Assembly: GCA_013239625.1 (NCBI GenBank) | Contig: MU056960.1 | Location: forward strand, 11,860,698-11,924,697 | Reading direction: 5' to 3' | Length of the DNA stretch: 64,000 nt | From: Lama guanicoe | Lineage: Eukaryota | Part shown: piece after piece, positions 1 to 11,044 of the stretch | Layout: every line of letters begins with the position of its first letter | Position numbering within the stretch: position 1 is the first letter of the stretch | The notes under the pieces: generated by a model | What the model was told of the DNA's origin: nothing | What the model saw: only the letters and a program-made list of their open reading frames with translations | Databases searched by the model: none | Position numbers and translations under genes: made by a program

Positions 1-1104
1 TAATAACTGGCTATTTTTACACTGTTCAGTGTACTAATTCAGTAAACACTGAGCACGTGTAACATGCAAAACAAGACGGAAGCTTCTTTGAGGTTATCAT
101 TCTTAAGCATATTTATAGCAATAGTGAGAAAATATCTCTTATAAAGCCCTTTGATATGATCTTAGGTAAACCTTATTATCATAAGAATACACTGTGAACC
201 TGATATTTCTAGCCCCATTTGACAGCAGACAAAAGCTCTGAGAATTCAGGATCACCAACCTAATGAGTAGAAGACAGTTTGGAGAACTTGAACTATTAGT
301 CCTGTCTCTTGTTAAGATATATCTTCATCTAATCTTTATAGGGGAAGAAATTCTTTTAGAAACATTTTATCACAACAGTTGACACTTCTGCAGCCCCAGA
401 TTATGAATCAGAGACAGGCATATTTCTCTTGTTCCAAATTCCAATAGGTCTTTTTTATACTTTCAAAAATATATCACCTTTTGCCTTTTATCATCATATT
501 TGCATTAAGCGCTATCTCCTTTGCTAGCAGAAAGGCTGGATGGGAAGTCCTCTGAAAAATCCGCTAGCTGTGAAGTTTCTGGGGCACTTTCTTCAGTGAT
601 GTGCAATGATTCCACCATTAAAACAATGTTTGTGGTTTTCTTAACAGTGGCTCCCTTTCTTTGAGGCCAGGCAAGCCCAGTAGAAATACAGGCCATGTGA
701 GCTCATGCTGGATAGACCTGGAAATGCTGGAAGCCAGGAGCCTACGCAAGTCAACACCAAGGAGGGCCATGTGTTTGCTAAAGGAGCAATATCACGAGAA
801 AGGAACAGCCAGAAAGGGAATGAGGAAGAAGACAGGAGCCAAAACATCAAACAGAGGCTGGAACTGGAGAGAAATGTGGGATGAGTCCAGCGGGTTCATG
901 ACAATGCCTGTGTGTGAGTCAAGACACCTGACAGCTTATTTACATTGTGTCCTTGCTTCCGGGTAAAAGGCAGAGCTTTCCAGCCGAGGGGAGCAGGGCA
1001 CAGCTGAACACCCTGGGCTGCTACTGAGTCTAGTTTTTAGAGTTCCCTTTCTCAGGGCATCATCATGACCATCTTCAGTGCACAACTGCCACCTTGCAGG
1101 CTGC

Positions 1105-1730
1105 AAACAAATGGAAACAACCTAAATGCCCAGCAATTGCAAGGACAAGTTTAACTATGGTAAGTCCATACAGTGGGCTACTATTGGTTTTTCAAATAGG
1201 GGTGGAGAGCTATATATTTTTTCTGGGAAGATATTCAAGATATAGTGTTAGTTTTAAAAGATTATAAGAAAAAACAAAAAAACAAAAATCTCATGACATA
1301 GAGAAAAGATTGGTAGTTGCCAGAGGTGGAGGGTGGGACGGTGGAAGAAATGAGAGAATTATTTTGTTTTTTAGTTTAAACAAATTGAATTAATTTATAT
1401 ATTTTAAAAAGGTTATATGATATCATGAATATTATGCCATTTGAACAAAATTGTGTATCAGAGGTGAAAATATATATAGACGCCATTTTTATGACACCAT
1501 AAATATTATGCTATTTGCATAAAATTGGGTGTGCATAGGTAAATATATATATATATATATTTATGTATGTGTGTGTATGGTTTTATTTTTCTAGGTATAA
1601 ATGGATCCAGAGACCTCTTCCTTTTTGAAAGTATATTTACCAAAATTAAAATTGCTTTCAGGATAAGTGGATTTTTTCAGTGATTTTTTTTTACCTTTCT
1701 TTTAGCTCTTTCCTGTATTATTTTACCACT
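1105..1730 (+). mobile_element. Ancient L1 (L1ME/L1MC-type) 3' fragment, split by a younger L1 3' end
   Basis: GGAAACAACCTAAATGCCCAGCA...GATATTCAAGATATAGTGTTA motifs typical of old L1 3' regions. Confidence 0.6.
1270..1406 (+). mobile_element. Short 5'-truncated L1 3' end
   Basis: GAGAAAAGATTGGTAGTTGCCAGAGG L1 3'UTR motif; degenerate TSD AAAAGATTATAAGA (1256-1269) / AAAAGGTTATATGA (1407-1420). Confidence 0.75.
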
Positions 1731-1774
1731 ATCCTTATCCTTGTAATTAACTAAATTCATAAAATAGTCTACTA

Positions 1775-2010
1775 GATAATACTATTTATTGGGTACCTAC
1801 CAGTTGCTAGTTACATAAACTGTCTCACTGGAACCTCAAAGCAATTCTTAGAAGTATAATATTATTATCTCCATTTTAAAATGAGGCAACTAAGACTTAG
1901 AAACATTAGGAAATTGGTCCAAGGTCACACAGCAAGCAAGTGGCAGAGCTGGGACAGTCATTTAGGACTATCTAACTCCACAGTATGTACTCTCAGTCAC
2001 TGTACTGTGC
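1775..2010 (-). mobile_element. MIR SINE
   Basis: CCATTTTAAAATGAGGCAACTAAGAC...AAGGTCACACAGCAAGCAAGTGGCAGAGCTGGGA = reverse complement of the MIR core. Confidence 0.9.
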
Positions 2011-2179
2011 TACCAGGAAAAATGGAAAAAGCACAGGCCTTACCCAGTAAAGACTATGACCAGCAGGGAGCATGACTTCCCATGTTACTTACTCTCCAGT
2101 GCCATATGAACTTGGACTCACTTTGACAAGACATATTCAGAACCCACAGAACTATTAATATGAATTACTCAATCCTCTT

Positions 2180-2640
2180 CATATATCAGCATCAGATACT
2201 GAGCATGTCTGTACATTCTCTGACATGAGAGGAAGTATCCATATCCCCTTCCCTTGAATCTAGCCTGGCCTTGGTGACATAACTCATAGAACACACTGAA
2301 GTCACTGCATGACGTCCAAGGTGTCCACCTTGCTTGCTAGGATGCCCGCTTTTGAGCCCTGAACCACCTAAGGCCACTCTGATGGAGGAAGCTCAGGCCA
2401 CATATGGAGCTGCTGTAGTGGACAACCCTGCTGAGAGCCCAGCCAACAGCCAGCATCAACCACCCGACACTGGAGTGAAGACGACTCTGTAGGAATCCAG
2501 CCTCCAGATGACAAATCGCCCCCAGCTACTGAATCTTCCCAGCTGAGACCCAGACACCATGGGTCAGAGACAAGTCTTCCCTGTCTAGTTCCTGACCCAC
2601 AGAGTCCAAGAGCGTAATTAGACGGTTGTCTTACGCCACC
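2180..2640 (+). mobile_element. MaLR solo LTR (MLT1G/H-like)
   Basis: CCCTTGAATCTAGCCTGGCCTTGGTGAC...CCCAGCCAACAGCCAGCATCAACCAC...TTCCTGACCCACAGAGTC. Confidence 0.75.
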
Positions 2641-2861
2641 AGCTCCTACTCCAGCTCCTTCCTTCTGCAGCCGTCCATTCCACTGAGGTCTTAGTAGTTG
2701 CGCTTGAGCCTCGGAGGTTATATAGACAGGAGTTACTGACTCTAATCTCTTTCCTTCATAAAGCCAGGACAAGCTGCAAGCTCCCTGAAGGTGGGAATGA
2801 GTTAGTCATTAGACAATTATATCTCAATACTCACCACAGTGCCAGGAGTATGTGGGTAGGC

Positions 2862-3620
2862 TGTTTCAGCTATCTATCTAGTTATTTATCCCAAAATGTA
2901 GTGGCTTACCATGGAGGTCGGAAGATCTTGTCCACAGGCAGACCCAGCCTGCCAGCTCTTTTTATAAATAAAGTTTAATGGGAACACAGCCACAATCATT
3001 CATTTATATATTGTCTACAGCCGCTTTCACTCTGCAGGGGCAGAGCTGAGAAGTTGCAACAGAGACGATACCGCCCTCCTGCAAAACCTAAAATATTTAC
3101 TATCTGCCTTTTGAGAAGGATGTTTGCCAGCCCCTGATGCAGCACAATAATAATTTATTACCTGCCCCCCCCCCCCATACTGTGGCTGGCTGGGCTCAGC
3201 TGAGCAGGTTTTTTTCCCTCTACACAATGAGGCTGCCTTCATCTGAGAACTTAGCTAGTGCTAGCACATCCAAGATGATGTGCTGACATGTCTGGAATCT
3301 TAGTCCTCTTGGCCTGGGGCAGCTTCATTCTCTTCCATGCAGCCTCGCTCTCTGGCCTCTCATCATTCATTAGTCCACCCCAGGTTTCTTGATTAAAACT
3401 TCCAAGAGGAAGAGCAAAAGCAGAAGCTACCAAACTTAAGATCTGGGCCCAGAACCTACACAGCATCACTTCCATCACCCTTCTGTGGGTCAGAGCAAGT
3501 CACAGGGCAGTCAAGATGGAAGGCGAGAGGACTCTCCACTCCTGGTTGGAAGGAGCATCATGGATGTACAGAGAGGGCAGAAATTGTTGATACCTATCTT
3601 TGGAGGCTACCTACCATACA
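2862..3620 (-). mobile_element. MaLR solo LTR (MLT1H/I-like) nested in L2
   Basis: TG...CA termini; TGTTTCAGCTATCTAT...CCAAAATGTAGTGGCTTA; GGCTGGGCTCAGCTGAGCAGG; ATCTTTGGAGGCTACCTACCATACA. Confidence 0.75.
2910..3136 (+). mobile_element. MER58A hAT-Charlie MITE nested in the MLT1 LTR
   Basis: AAATAAAGTTTAATGGGAACACAGCCAC...CCTAAAATATTTACTATCTG...TTTGCCAGCCCCTG match the MER58A consensus end to end. Confidence 0.9.
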
Positions 3621-3889
3621 AAGCACACAGTCAATATTTACTGAATGAATGCAGGAGAGCTCTACAAAGGTGCAAACACAGCATGAAAAGGGAGCAAGTA
3701 ACAGGTCAGGCCTTGAAGGATACATCCTAGGTTTTCCACAGGGAAGCAAGGTGTCCACGAGTGCCAGCACTAAGGAAGGGAGGGCTAGTGGAGCTGAAGA
3801 AAGGTCCCAGGTGAGTACAGGAAGAAAGGGAGAGAAATCAGGAACATAGTCAGTGAAGCCATCTGGGGATGGGAGGCTGCAGGGGTGGG

Positions 3890-4300
3890 ATCAGATACCC
3901 AGTCTACACCGCAAAAAACACCAGACCTCCTCAGAGCAAGCGCAAGAGTCAGATGTTATCAGTCAACGCCAGACAAGAACTAGCAGCGACTGACGAGGAG
4001 GCAAAGCAGGGAGCTTCGTGAGTATCTTCAACATCGGGGTGAGCATATTGGGCCGCCTTCCATCGTCCTGGTCTTGCGTCAGACCAGACAACTGATCTCA
4101 GTGAATGTGACTCCTCAGGGTCAGTGGCTGGGTCAGGACAGCATCGGAGAAAACAATGACCCCAACTACTCCATTAAGAGACTTAGAAGAACTTGCTACA
4201 ACCCAAGAAAGGAACCTGGCATCTTCAACAACAGAAGAGCATTACCTTCCAGTGGTGTACGGGGGCTGCAGCCAGGGAGCCAGCGGCCCGGCAGGTAAAC
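3890..4300. mobile_element. Probable degenerate LTR fragments, family uncertain
   Basis: Weak resemblance to old ERV/ERVL LTRs; termini not clear. Confidence 0.3.
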
Positions 4301-4329
4301 CGACAGGAAGAAGCAGATGAAGCAGGCTC

Positions 4330-4500
4330 ATTATTTCACTTCATCCTGCAGAGAAGTTAAACTCCCCACTGTTTCACACAAGAGGAAGCTGAAGCTTGAA
4401 GAGATTAAAGATCTCTCCCACGTTCAGATAGTTAACATGTAGAAGAGGCATGATTTGGACGCCATTCTGCCTGAATCTAAAGCAAGGCATTCTGCTTCCC
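4330..4500 (-). mobile_element. MIR SINE (diverged)
   Basis: GAGGAAGCTGAAGCTTGAAGAGATTAA...GATTTGGACGCC...TGCCTGAATCTAAAGC. Confidence 0.65.
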
Positions 4501-4564
4501 TATGGAACAGAGAAACTGCTATATATGGAAAAAGTAAAAATATGAGGCTTCATCTGCCTAGAGA

Positions 4565-4800
4565 AGTGTGTCTCAAAATATGTCCTGAGCAACACTATTA
4601 CCTTGAAATGATCCTCCAAAAAATGATCCCGAGGTTAGTAAACGTGAGAGCTGGTGCCTGGCAGAGACCTTTTTGAAAGTCACATGAGCATTTGTATATT
4701 TGAATAGGAGTCCAGCTGAAATCCAAGCCCCTTTTTCATGTACTGTCCACCAGCATCCTGAAGAACTAGTGGTCTAAGTAACATACTCTGGGGAAGGTTC
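4565..4800. mobile_element. Old hAT-Charlie MITE (MER112/MER103-like)
   Basis: Decayed inverted termini AGTGTGTCTCAAAATATGTCCTGAGCAACACTA ... AACTAGTGGTCTAAGTAACATACTCTGGGGAA. Confidence 0.5.
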
Positions 4801-5514
4801 TCTCCATAAGATGAAGCGGCCTTAATAATCTCATTAAATCTGTAACCACTGAGGACACATTTTTGTCAACCACTAGAATTTGGAGCGCCCAGTGAAGGCT
4901 GAAGCAGGTTTAATACACATTAAAAAAAGGTCTTATTCTTCATAGTCCAAAGGAAGCTTAGAAACCTTGCTGCCATGCTAAATAAAAATATTTTAAAAGC
5001 CATAATCATGTTGTTAATGAATGGGGGCCCTCTGGCCTCCCAAGAGTGGCTGTGGGTGTCAGAATTAGAGGCACAGTATCATACTGGACGTGCCACAGCT
5101 CCAGCAGTTCATAGAGACTCAGAGCAAATTTGACCCAGCTGGCCTGGCCTGTCACAGCTGGCTATGACTTTATTTCTCCTGTCTCTTATCTGCAGAGGGT
5201 ACCTGGAAAAGTCAGCATCTTTCTATCCTGCCATGTTCACATAATCCCAGTAACTCAGAATTGAGGTGGCAGTTAATTTTGCATTGCTGGTGGAAATGTA
5301 AAATGGTGCAGCTGCTATGGAAAACAGTATGGGAGTTCATCCAAAATTTTAAAATAGAATTACTGTAGGATCCAACAATTCCACTTCTGGGTATACACCC
5401 AAAAGAATTAAAAGCAAAAGACTTGAAGTGATATTTGTACACCCATTTTTCACACCAGCATTATTCTCAATAGCTAAAAGCCAGAAGCCACCTGTATGTC
5501 CATCGACAGACAAA

Positions 5515-5664
5515 NNNNNNNNNNNNNNNNNNNNNNNNNNNNNNNNNNNNNNNNNNNNNNNNNNNNNNNNNNNNNNNNNNNNNNNNNNNNNNNNNNNNNN
5601 NNNNNNNNNNNNNNNNNNNNNNNNNNNNNNNNNNNNNNNNNNNNNNNNNNNNNNNNNNNNNNNN
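5515..5664. other. Assembly gap (150 N)
   Basis: Run of N. Confidence 1.
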
Positions 5665-5887
5665 TCACATACATGACACACCCGAGAGCAGTCAAATTCA
5701 TGGAGACAGAAAATAGAATGGTGGTTGCTAGGAGCTGAAGGAAGAGGGGGAAAGGAGCTATTGTTAATGCAAACTGAGTTTCAGTTTGGGAAAATGAAAT
5801 GAGTTCTGGAGATGGATGGCGGTGATGGTTACATAGCAATGTGAATGTACTTAATACTATCAAGGCACTTAAAAATGGTTAAGATGG

Positions 5888-5930
5888 AGTGTGGCTGCAG
5901 GGGTGAAATTGGTTAAGGTGCAGTACTTAC
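5888..5930 (+). pseudogene. Tailless retropseudogene of the 5' half of tRNA-Ile(UAU), with a 6-nt 5' extension
   Basis: 5894-5931 GCTGCAGGGGTGAAATTGGTTAAGGTGCAGTACTTACA vs tRNA-Ile-TAT 5' exon GCTCCAGTGGCGCAATCGGTTAGCGCGCGGTACTTATA: 28/38 identical, 4 mismatches are CpG transitions; 17-bp TSD at 5871-5887 / 5931-5947. Confidence 0.8.
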
Positions 5931-6751
5931 AAAAATGATTAAGACGGTACACTTTGTTATGTGTATTTCACACAAGGAGGGAGGGAAGAAAGGGGGGGGG
6001 GAGGAAGGCAGGCAGGCAGGCCCTAGGTGGAGGTTAAATAGTGATTTATTTTGCATCTAATGCAGAGCAAGGGGGTCTTCCTAACAGCAAGGCAGAGCTC
6101 AGAGCCCTGCACCTGCCCCTTCCCCTCAGCCCTCCTAGGTAGATTCATACCCGGTCGGAGCTCGGCCCTCCCCAGGCCTCCCAGAGGGAGGCAATCACAG
6201 CTGCAGCTGGTTAATCACCTGTCACCCAATCCTTCATTCACACCAGTTCGGGAGCAAGGATCCCACACGTCTAACTTACCGATCGATGGCCCTCCAGTCC
6301 CTCTCCTCCTGCACAGGGGTGAGTGCAGAAGGTTTCAGTCTGAACAAAAGAACCAGTTTAAACGACAACAAAGAATTGCTTCAGACCTAAAGAAAATCAG
6401 GTATTGAAAGAAAGAAGCCCTGTCTCTCCTTTCTATTTCCTTCTCTTGCGGGGAGGGTGAGGGGCGGCTCAGGAGACCTGGCTCTGGAGGGGAACCCAGG
6501 CTGGGTCGGCCTCCGACGACACCTATTCGCCAGCCTCTGGGATGGTGACTGGTCCTCGAAGCCTCTGAGACGCCATACAGTTTGTATTAGCTCTGCTGAT
6601 CGTCCCAGCTGCCACTTGTTTGTGTTCCCTCATAACTTCCTCCTCTTCACACTAGTCTGAAAGCCAAGAACATGGCTGAAGCAGTGGGACATAAGGGAAA
6701 TAAATGGTCACCAAAGTAACAAAGAAGTGTTGTTTTGCCCCCATGGAATTG

Positions 6752-6860
6752 TAGGAAGGAAGGAAGTGGGGAGAGAGAGGGAAGGAGCAAGAGGAAGGGA
6801 GAAAGGGAGGCTGAGGGAGAGAGGAAGGGAGGAAGAGGGGAGGAAAGAAGACGAAAAGAG
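6752..6860. repeat. GA-rich low-complexity tract
   Basis: GGAA/GGGA units. Confidence 0.85.
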
Positions 6861-7070
6861 ATTTTTAGTGAAACTGTTTTGAATTAAGAACATTCAAGCA
6901 TTTGCTGTAGCGTTTTACGTGTGCAAGTACTCTGGAAAACAGGACAATGTGCATTACGTGTAATCGAAATAAATATACCTTTTAGCCCAGTAATTCCACT
7001 CAAGGGATTTGTTATAAAGAAATAATTTGAGAGAAACAAAAAGCTACATGCATTAGAATAAAGATCTCAG

Positions 7071-7082
7071 TAAAAAAAAAAA
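7071..7082 (+). mobile_element. Poly(A)-only L1-mediated insertion
   Basis: T plus A11 between perfect 16-bp direct repeats AGAATAAAGATCTCAG (7055-7070, 7083-7098). Confidence 0.8.
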
Positions 7083-7192
7083 AGAATAAAGATCTCAGAA
7101 TCCCAAGATTGGGAAACTGCAAACAATCTAAACATCTAGTAATATGGGAATAGCTAAGTAAGGTATGAGAAATTAGCATGATCATATATTAC

Positions 7193-7611
7193 TGCGAAGT
7201 AAAATTCATGTTTTATGGCAAGACAAGACAGATTTAAATGTAAAAAATGTTCTCTGCCCTTCGCCTTCCTCTCTCCCCTCTGCTCTGTGCGTGGTGCATC
7301 TGCTTTATGCATCGACCGAACCTCCCCATCAGCAGAAATACTCGCTCAACAGGGTAAAGAGCAACACTCTCCTAACACCAAGACAGCTCCTTAAAAGATA
7401 ACATTCCTTCGTGACCTTGTAAGGGGTCATGATGACCCACCACTTTGCACATCATTTCACGTACAGCCTCTGTCTCAAAAGACTTGCAAAACTGTCCTCT
7501 GACTTCTAATGGGCAGAACAGTTCTCGGAGATTTCTGCTTATAATCCTCTAATTGGCTCGAATGAAAATTTCCATTTTTTTCTTAGATGGAATTATTAAT
7601 TTTTGTTGACA
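7193..7611 (+). mobile_element. ERV1-type solo LTR
   Basis: TG...TTGACA termini; 4-bp TSD TTAC/TTGC; host L1 sequence resumes across it. Confidence 0.7.
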
Positions 7612-7825
7612 TTGCATAGCCATGAAAATAATTATTAAGAACATGTCACAGTATAGAACTTAACTAAGAAATGCAGAATTTACATTTATGTGTATACTCT
7701 GATTATAAGGATACAAAATATGTGCATAGAGACTAACTAGAACAGGATTTAAAACTGAAAACTGTTGCTGTATAAAGGGTGGCAGAATTATTAGTGACTT
7801 TTTTCTTTTTCACAATATTTTGTTT

Positions 7826-9928
7826 AGATCCAAGATGGCGGAGTAGAAAGACCCCTGAGCTCACCTTCTTTCATGAGCACACCAAAATCACAACTACCTG
7901 CAGAAAACGATCCACGAAAAACACCAGACCCTGCCTGAAGACGTCAGGTGCCACAATGGGATGGGCAGACTGGAGAACAGTTCTGCTGCAGAATTTCCCC
8001 CAGCCCAGGATCCTGACACCAGGAAGACGAGCCCCCAGAGTATTTGGCTTTGATGGCCAGTGGGGCTTAATTTCAGGAACTGCACAGGACTGAGGGAAAC
8101 AGAGACTCACTTTAAAGGGCCCACACAACATCTCACGCGCACTGGGACCCACAGCAAAAGCAATAACATGACAGAAGCCTGGTCAAGACCTACCTGCTGG
8201 TCTTGGAGCGCCTCTGGAAGAGGTAGGTTGGCTGCAGCTCATTCTGGGGACACAGACATTGGTGGCAGCCCTATTTGCGAGTTTATCCTATTGCACAGAT
8301 GCTGATGTGGGCGGGCCCCACCATGGGGCTCCAGCTCATTAGAGCCAAGACCTGGCCCTGCCCAACAGTCTGCAGGCACCAGTGCTGGGAAGCCTCAGGC
8401 CAAACAACTAACTGGGTGGGGACACAGCCCCACCTATCATCAGATGGTTACCTAAAGACTTCCTGAGCCCATAGTCTCTAGACTCACCTCTAGACACATG
8501 TCTAGCCCTGCCCACCAGAGGGCCAAGACCCAGCTTCAGCCATCAGTGGGCAGGCAACAGCCTGACCTCCAGGAAGCCTGCTCTAGCCTCTGGACCAGCC
8601 TCATACACCAGGAGGCAGACACCAGATGTTAGCAAACCACAATCCCTCTGCCTGCAGACTGAGCCTGCCCACAGTAGGCTAGATCCTTCCCTCAAACCAG
8701 CTGGGCCTCGGCTCCACTCACTGGCAGGCCAATGCGAGCTTCAGGACACCCCATACCCAACTGTGTCAGAAAATATCTTCCCTCCCTCTACCAGTGATCT
8801 GACACCAGCTCTGGGATCCCTGGGCCCTGCCGCCAGACTCCAGGACCTAGTTCTGCCTGCTAACAGTCTAGCACTAAACCCAGGACCTGGCTTCATACCC
8901 CAGGGGGTGGACAACAGCCGCGGAGTCTTCTGGACCCTGAATCCTCCCACCAGTGAGCCAGCACTAACCCTGGGGCCCCTCAGGGTTCTGCAACCAGCAG
9001 TCTCATGACCAAGCTCCACTAGCCAGCAGGCTGCAGCATCCACACAAGCAGGGCCTGGCAACCAATCAAGCCTACCAGACCATCCACACAGCCTGCCACA
9101 ACAGAGGGATGCACGCAGCCCTCACAGAGGGAACCCCTAGAGCATATAGCTTCGGTGATGAGAGGGGAGTGAACTGCTGAGGTGCATACAGTGTCTCCTA
9201 TAGAAATCCACTTTTCCAAAGCTGGGAAACATGACTACCTCCCAATATATAAAAATACAAATAGCAACTTAGACAAAATGAGGAGGCAGAGGAACATATT
9301 CTAGATGAAGGAACAAGATAAAACCCCAGCAGGAGAACTAAGTGAAATGGAGATAGGCAATCTACCCGAGAAGGAGTTCAGGGCAATGATTGTAAAGATG
9401 ATCAAAGAACTCAGAAGAAGAACAGAAGCACAGAATGATAAGTTATAAGTTTTTAACAAAGAGTTAGAAAATAGAAAGAATAGCCAAACAGTGATGAAGA
9501 ACCCAATAACTGAAATGAAAAATACACTAGAAGAAATCAACAGACTAAATGATACAGAGGAATGGGTCAGTGAGCTGGAAGACAGAGAAGTAGAAATCAT
9601 TGACACTGAACATAAAAAGAAAAAGAATAAAAAGAAACAAGGACAGTTTAAGACACCTCTGGGACAATATCAAGCACACTAATATTTGTATTAATAGGGA
9701 TCCCAGAAGAGAGAGAGAAGGGGGATGAGAACATATTGGAAGACATAATAGTCAAAACATTCCCTAATCTGAGAAAGGAAACAGCCACTCAAGTCCAGAA
9801 AGTGCAGTCTTATAAAGATTAACTCAAAGAGGAACACACCGAGACACACTGTAATTAAAATGACAAAAATTAAAGATAGAGAATCCTAAAAGCAGTGAAG
9901 GAAAAGCAACAAATAACATACAAGGGAA
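7826..9928 (+). mobile_element. L1 5'UTR plus partial ORF1, 3'-truncated
   Basis: Starts with YY1-like CAAGATGGCGGAG (7831), then a GC-rich 5'UTR and ORF1-like coding sequence; no ORF2 or tail follows. Confidence 0.92.
9278..9928 (+). pseudogene. Decayed L1 ORF1p
   Basis: MRRQRNIF*MKEQDKTP...; ITEMKNTLEEINRLNDTEEWVSELEDREVEI coiled coil; stops and frameshifts present. Confidence 0.92.
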
Positions 9929-9991
9929 ATTTGTTTGTATTATTGACTTTCATATCCCCAGCACCCACGACTGTGCCTAACACATACTAAG

Positions 9992-10406
9992 TGTAACAGT
10001 TACCTATTGCTGTGTAACAAACTACCCTAAAGCTAAGTGTGATAAAATGACAAGAAACATGAATTATCTCATACAGTTTCCATGTGGCAGGAATTTGGGA
10101 GCAGCTCAGCTGAGTGGTTCTGGTGTATGGTCCCCTCATGAGAATTCAGCCAAGATGTGAGCCAGAAGTTCTCCGAAGGTTTGACTATAGTCTTCCAAAG
10201 TGGCTCATTTTCATGGCTGATCCAAAAGAGAGTAAGGCAGAAGCCACAATGTGTTTTATGACGTAGCTGGAAGTTACACACTGTTATTTCTACAATATCT
10301 TCTTGGTTACATAGATCAATCCTATTACTATGGGAGAGGACTATCTCCTGGTAAATACCAGGAGGTGGGAGGTCACTGGGAGCCATCTGAGAGGGTGGCT
10401 ACCACA
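9992..10406 (-). mobile_element. MLT1F-like solo LTR inserted in an L2 tail
   Basis: TGTAACAGTTACCTATTGCTGTGTAACAAACTACCC...GGCTACCACA; perfect 5-bp TSD CTAAG (9987-9991, 10407-10411). Confidence 0.9.
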
Positions 10407-10469
10407 CTAAGTGTTCAATTAATATATACTGATGAATAAACTCATGATTAAATGGTAAAAAGAAGTCTG

Positions 10470-10650
10470 CTTTCATTTACACTCTGTATGGACAAGTAAT
10501 TTAACTTCTCTAAGCCTCAGTTTCCACATCTATAAAATAAAATTGCTGTAAGTATTAAATTATATATTCACTGTAAAGGCACTTAACATGATGTGGTGCA
10601 TATAAGTGCTCAAAAGATGTTGTCTACTTTTCATTATTACTATTATAGTT
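10470..10650 (+). mobile_element. MIR SINE
   Basis: GGACAAGTAATTTAACTTCTCTAAGCCTCAGTTTCCACATCTATAAAAT core. Confidence 0.9.
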
Positions 10651-10895
10651 GCTGTTAATTCCTGGCCATAAGTCTCTTTATTGATACTCCTTGTAAGGGT
10701 TTATCCTTCAAGGAGAGAGAAACTCACTGGTCTAGAAAAATTTTCAACTCATTGTACTTATGCAAAAAAAAAGAAAAAAATTCAAAATATTTTCAAGATT
10801 GCCCTGGAAGCAAGATTGTTGGCGATAGACTATTTTAAGATTTATTGAAAGAAGGCTATTGAGGCCACTGGAGAAAACTGGTATTTGTGAAAATG

Positions 10896-11044
10896 GGATC
10901 AAGATGGCAGCTGAGCACATGCTTTGGTCACTCCTACCCAGGAAGAAACAGAAAATCAATACTGTCACTGGAACATAAAAAAGTGTGCCATCAGCAGGCC
11001 AGAAACTTTTTTGAATTCATAAAAGAGAGAAAGCAGATGAGCAC
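10896..11044 (+). mobile_element. Probable ancient L1/HAL1 5' end fragment
   Basis: CAAGATGGCAGCTGAGCACATG start followed by A-rich sequence. Confidence 0.4.

Larger units (their letters stand above)
2770..3651 (+). mobile_element. L2 3' end split in two (about 2770-2861 and 3621-3651)
   Basis: TGCAAGCTCCCTGAAGGTGGG...CACAGTGCC...TAGGC on the left resumes as AATATTTACTGAATGAATG on the right. Confidence 0.65.
5281..5975 (+). mobile_element. L1MB-type ORF2 end and 3'UTR (contains an N gap and the tRNA-half insertion)
   Basis: GCATTGCTGGTGGAAATGTAAAATGGTGCAGCTGCTATGGAAAACAG; GAGTTCTGGAGATGGATGGCGGTGATGGTT. Confidence 0.92.
6890..7825 (+). mobile_element. Ancient L1ME-type 3' fragment, split by a poly(A) insertion and an LTR
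   Basis: ACCTTTTAGCCCAGTAATTCCACTCAAGGGATTTG; CTGCAAACAATCTAAACATCTAGTAATATGGGAATAGCTAAGTAA. Confidence 0.7.

Noticed and set aside
505-696. 63-aa minus-strand ORF with protein-like composition (…ESAPETSQLADFSEDFPSS…)
   Set aside because: No recognisable family, weak acceptor context and no partner exons found
5349-5863. ORFs spanning N runs (also at 20.6-21.0, 36.9-37.3 and 50.2-50.5 kb)
   Set aside because: Artefacts of translating through gaps
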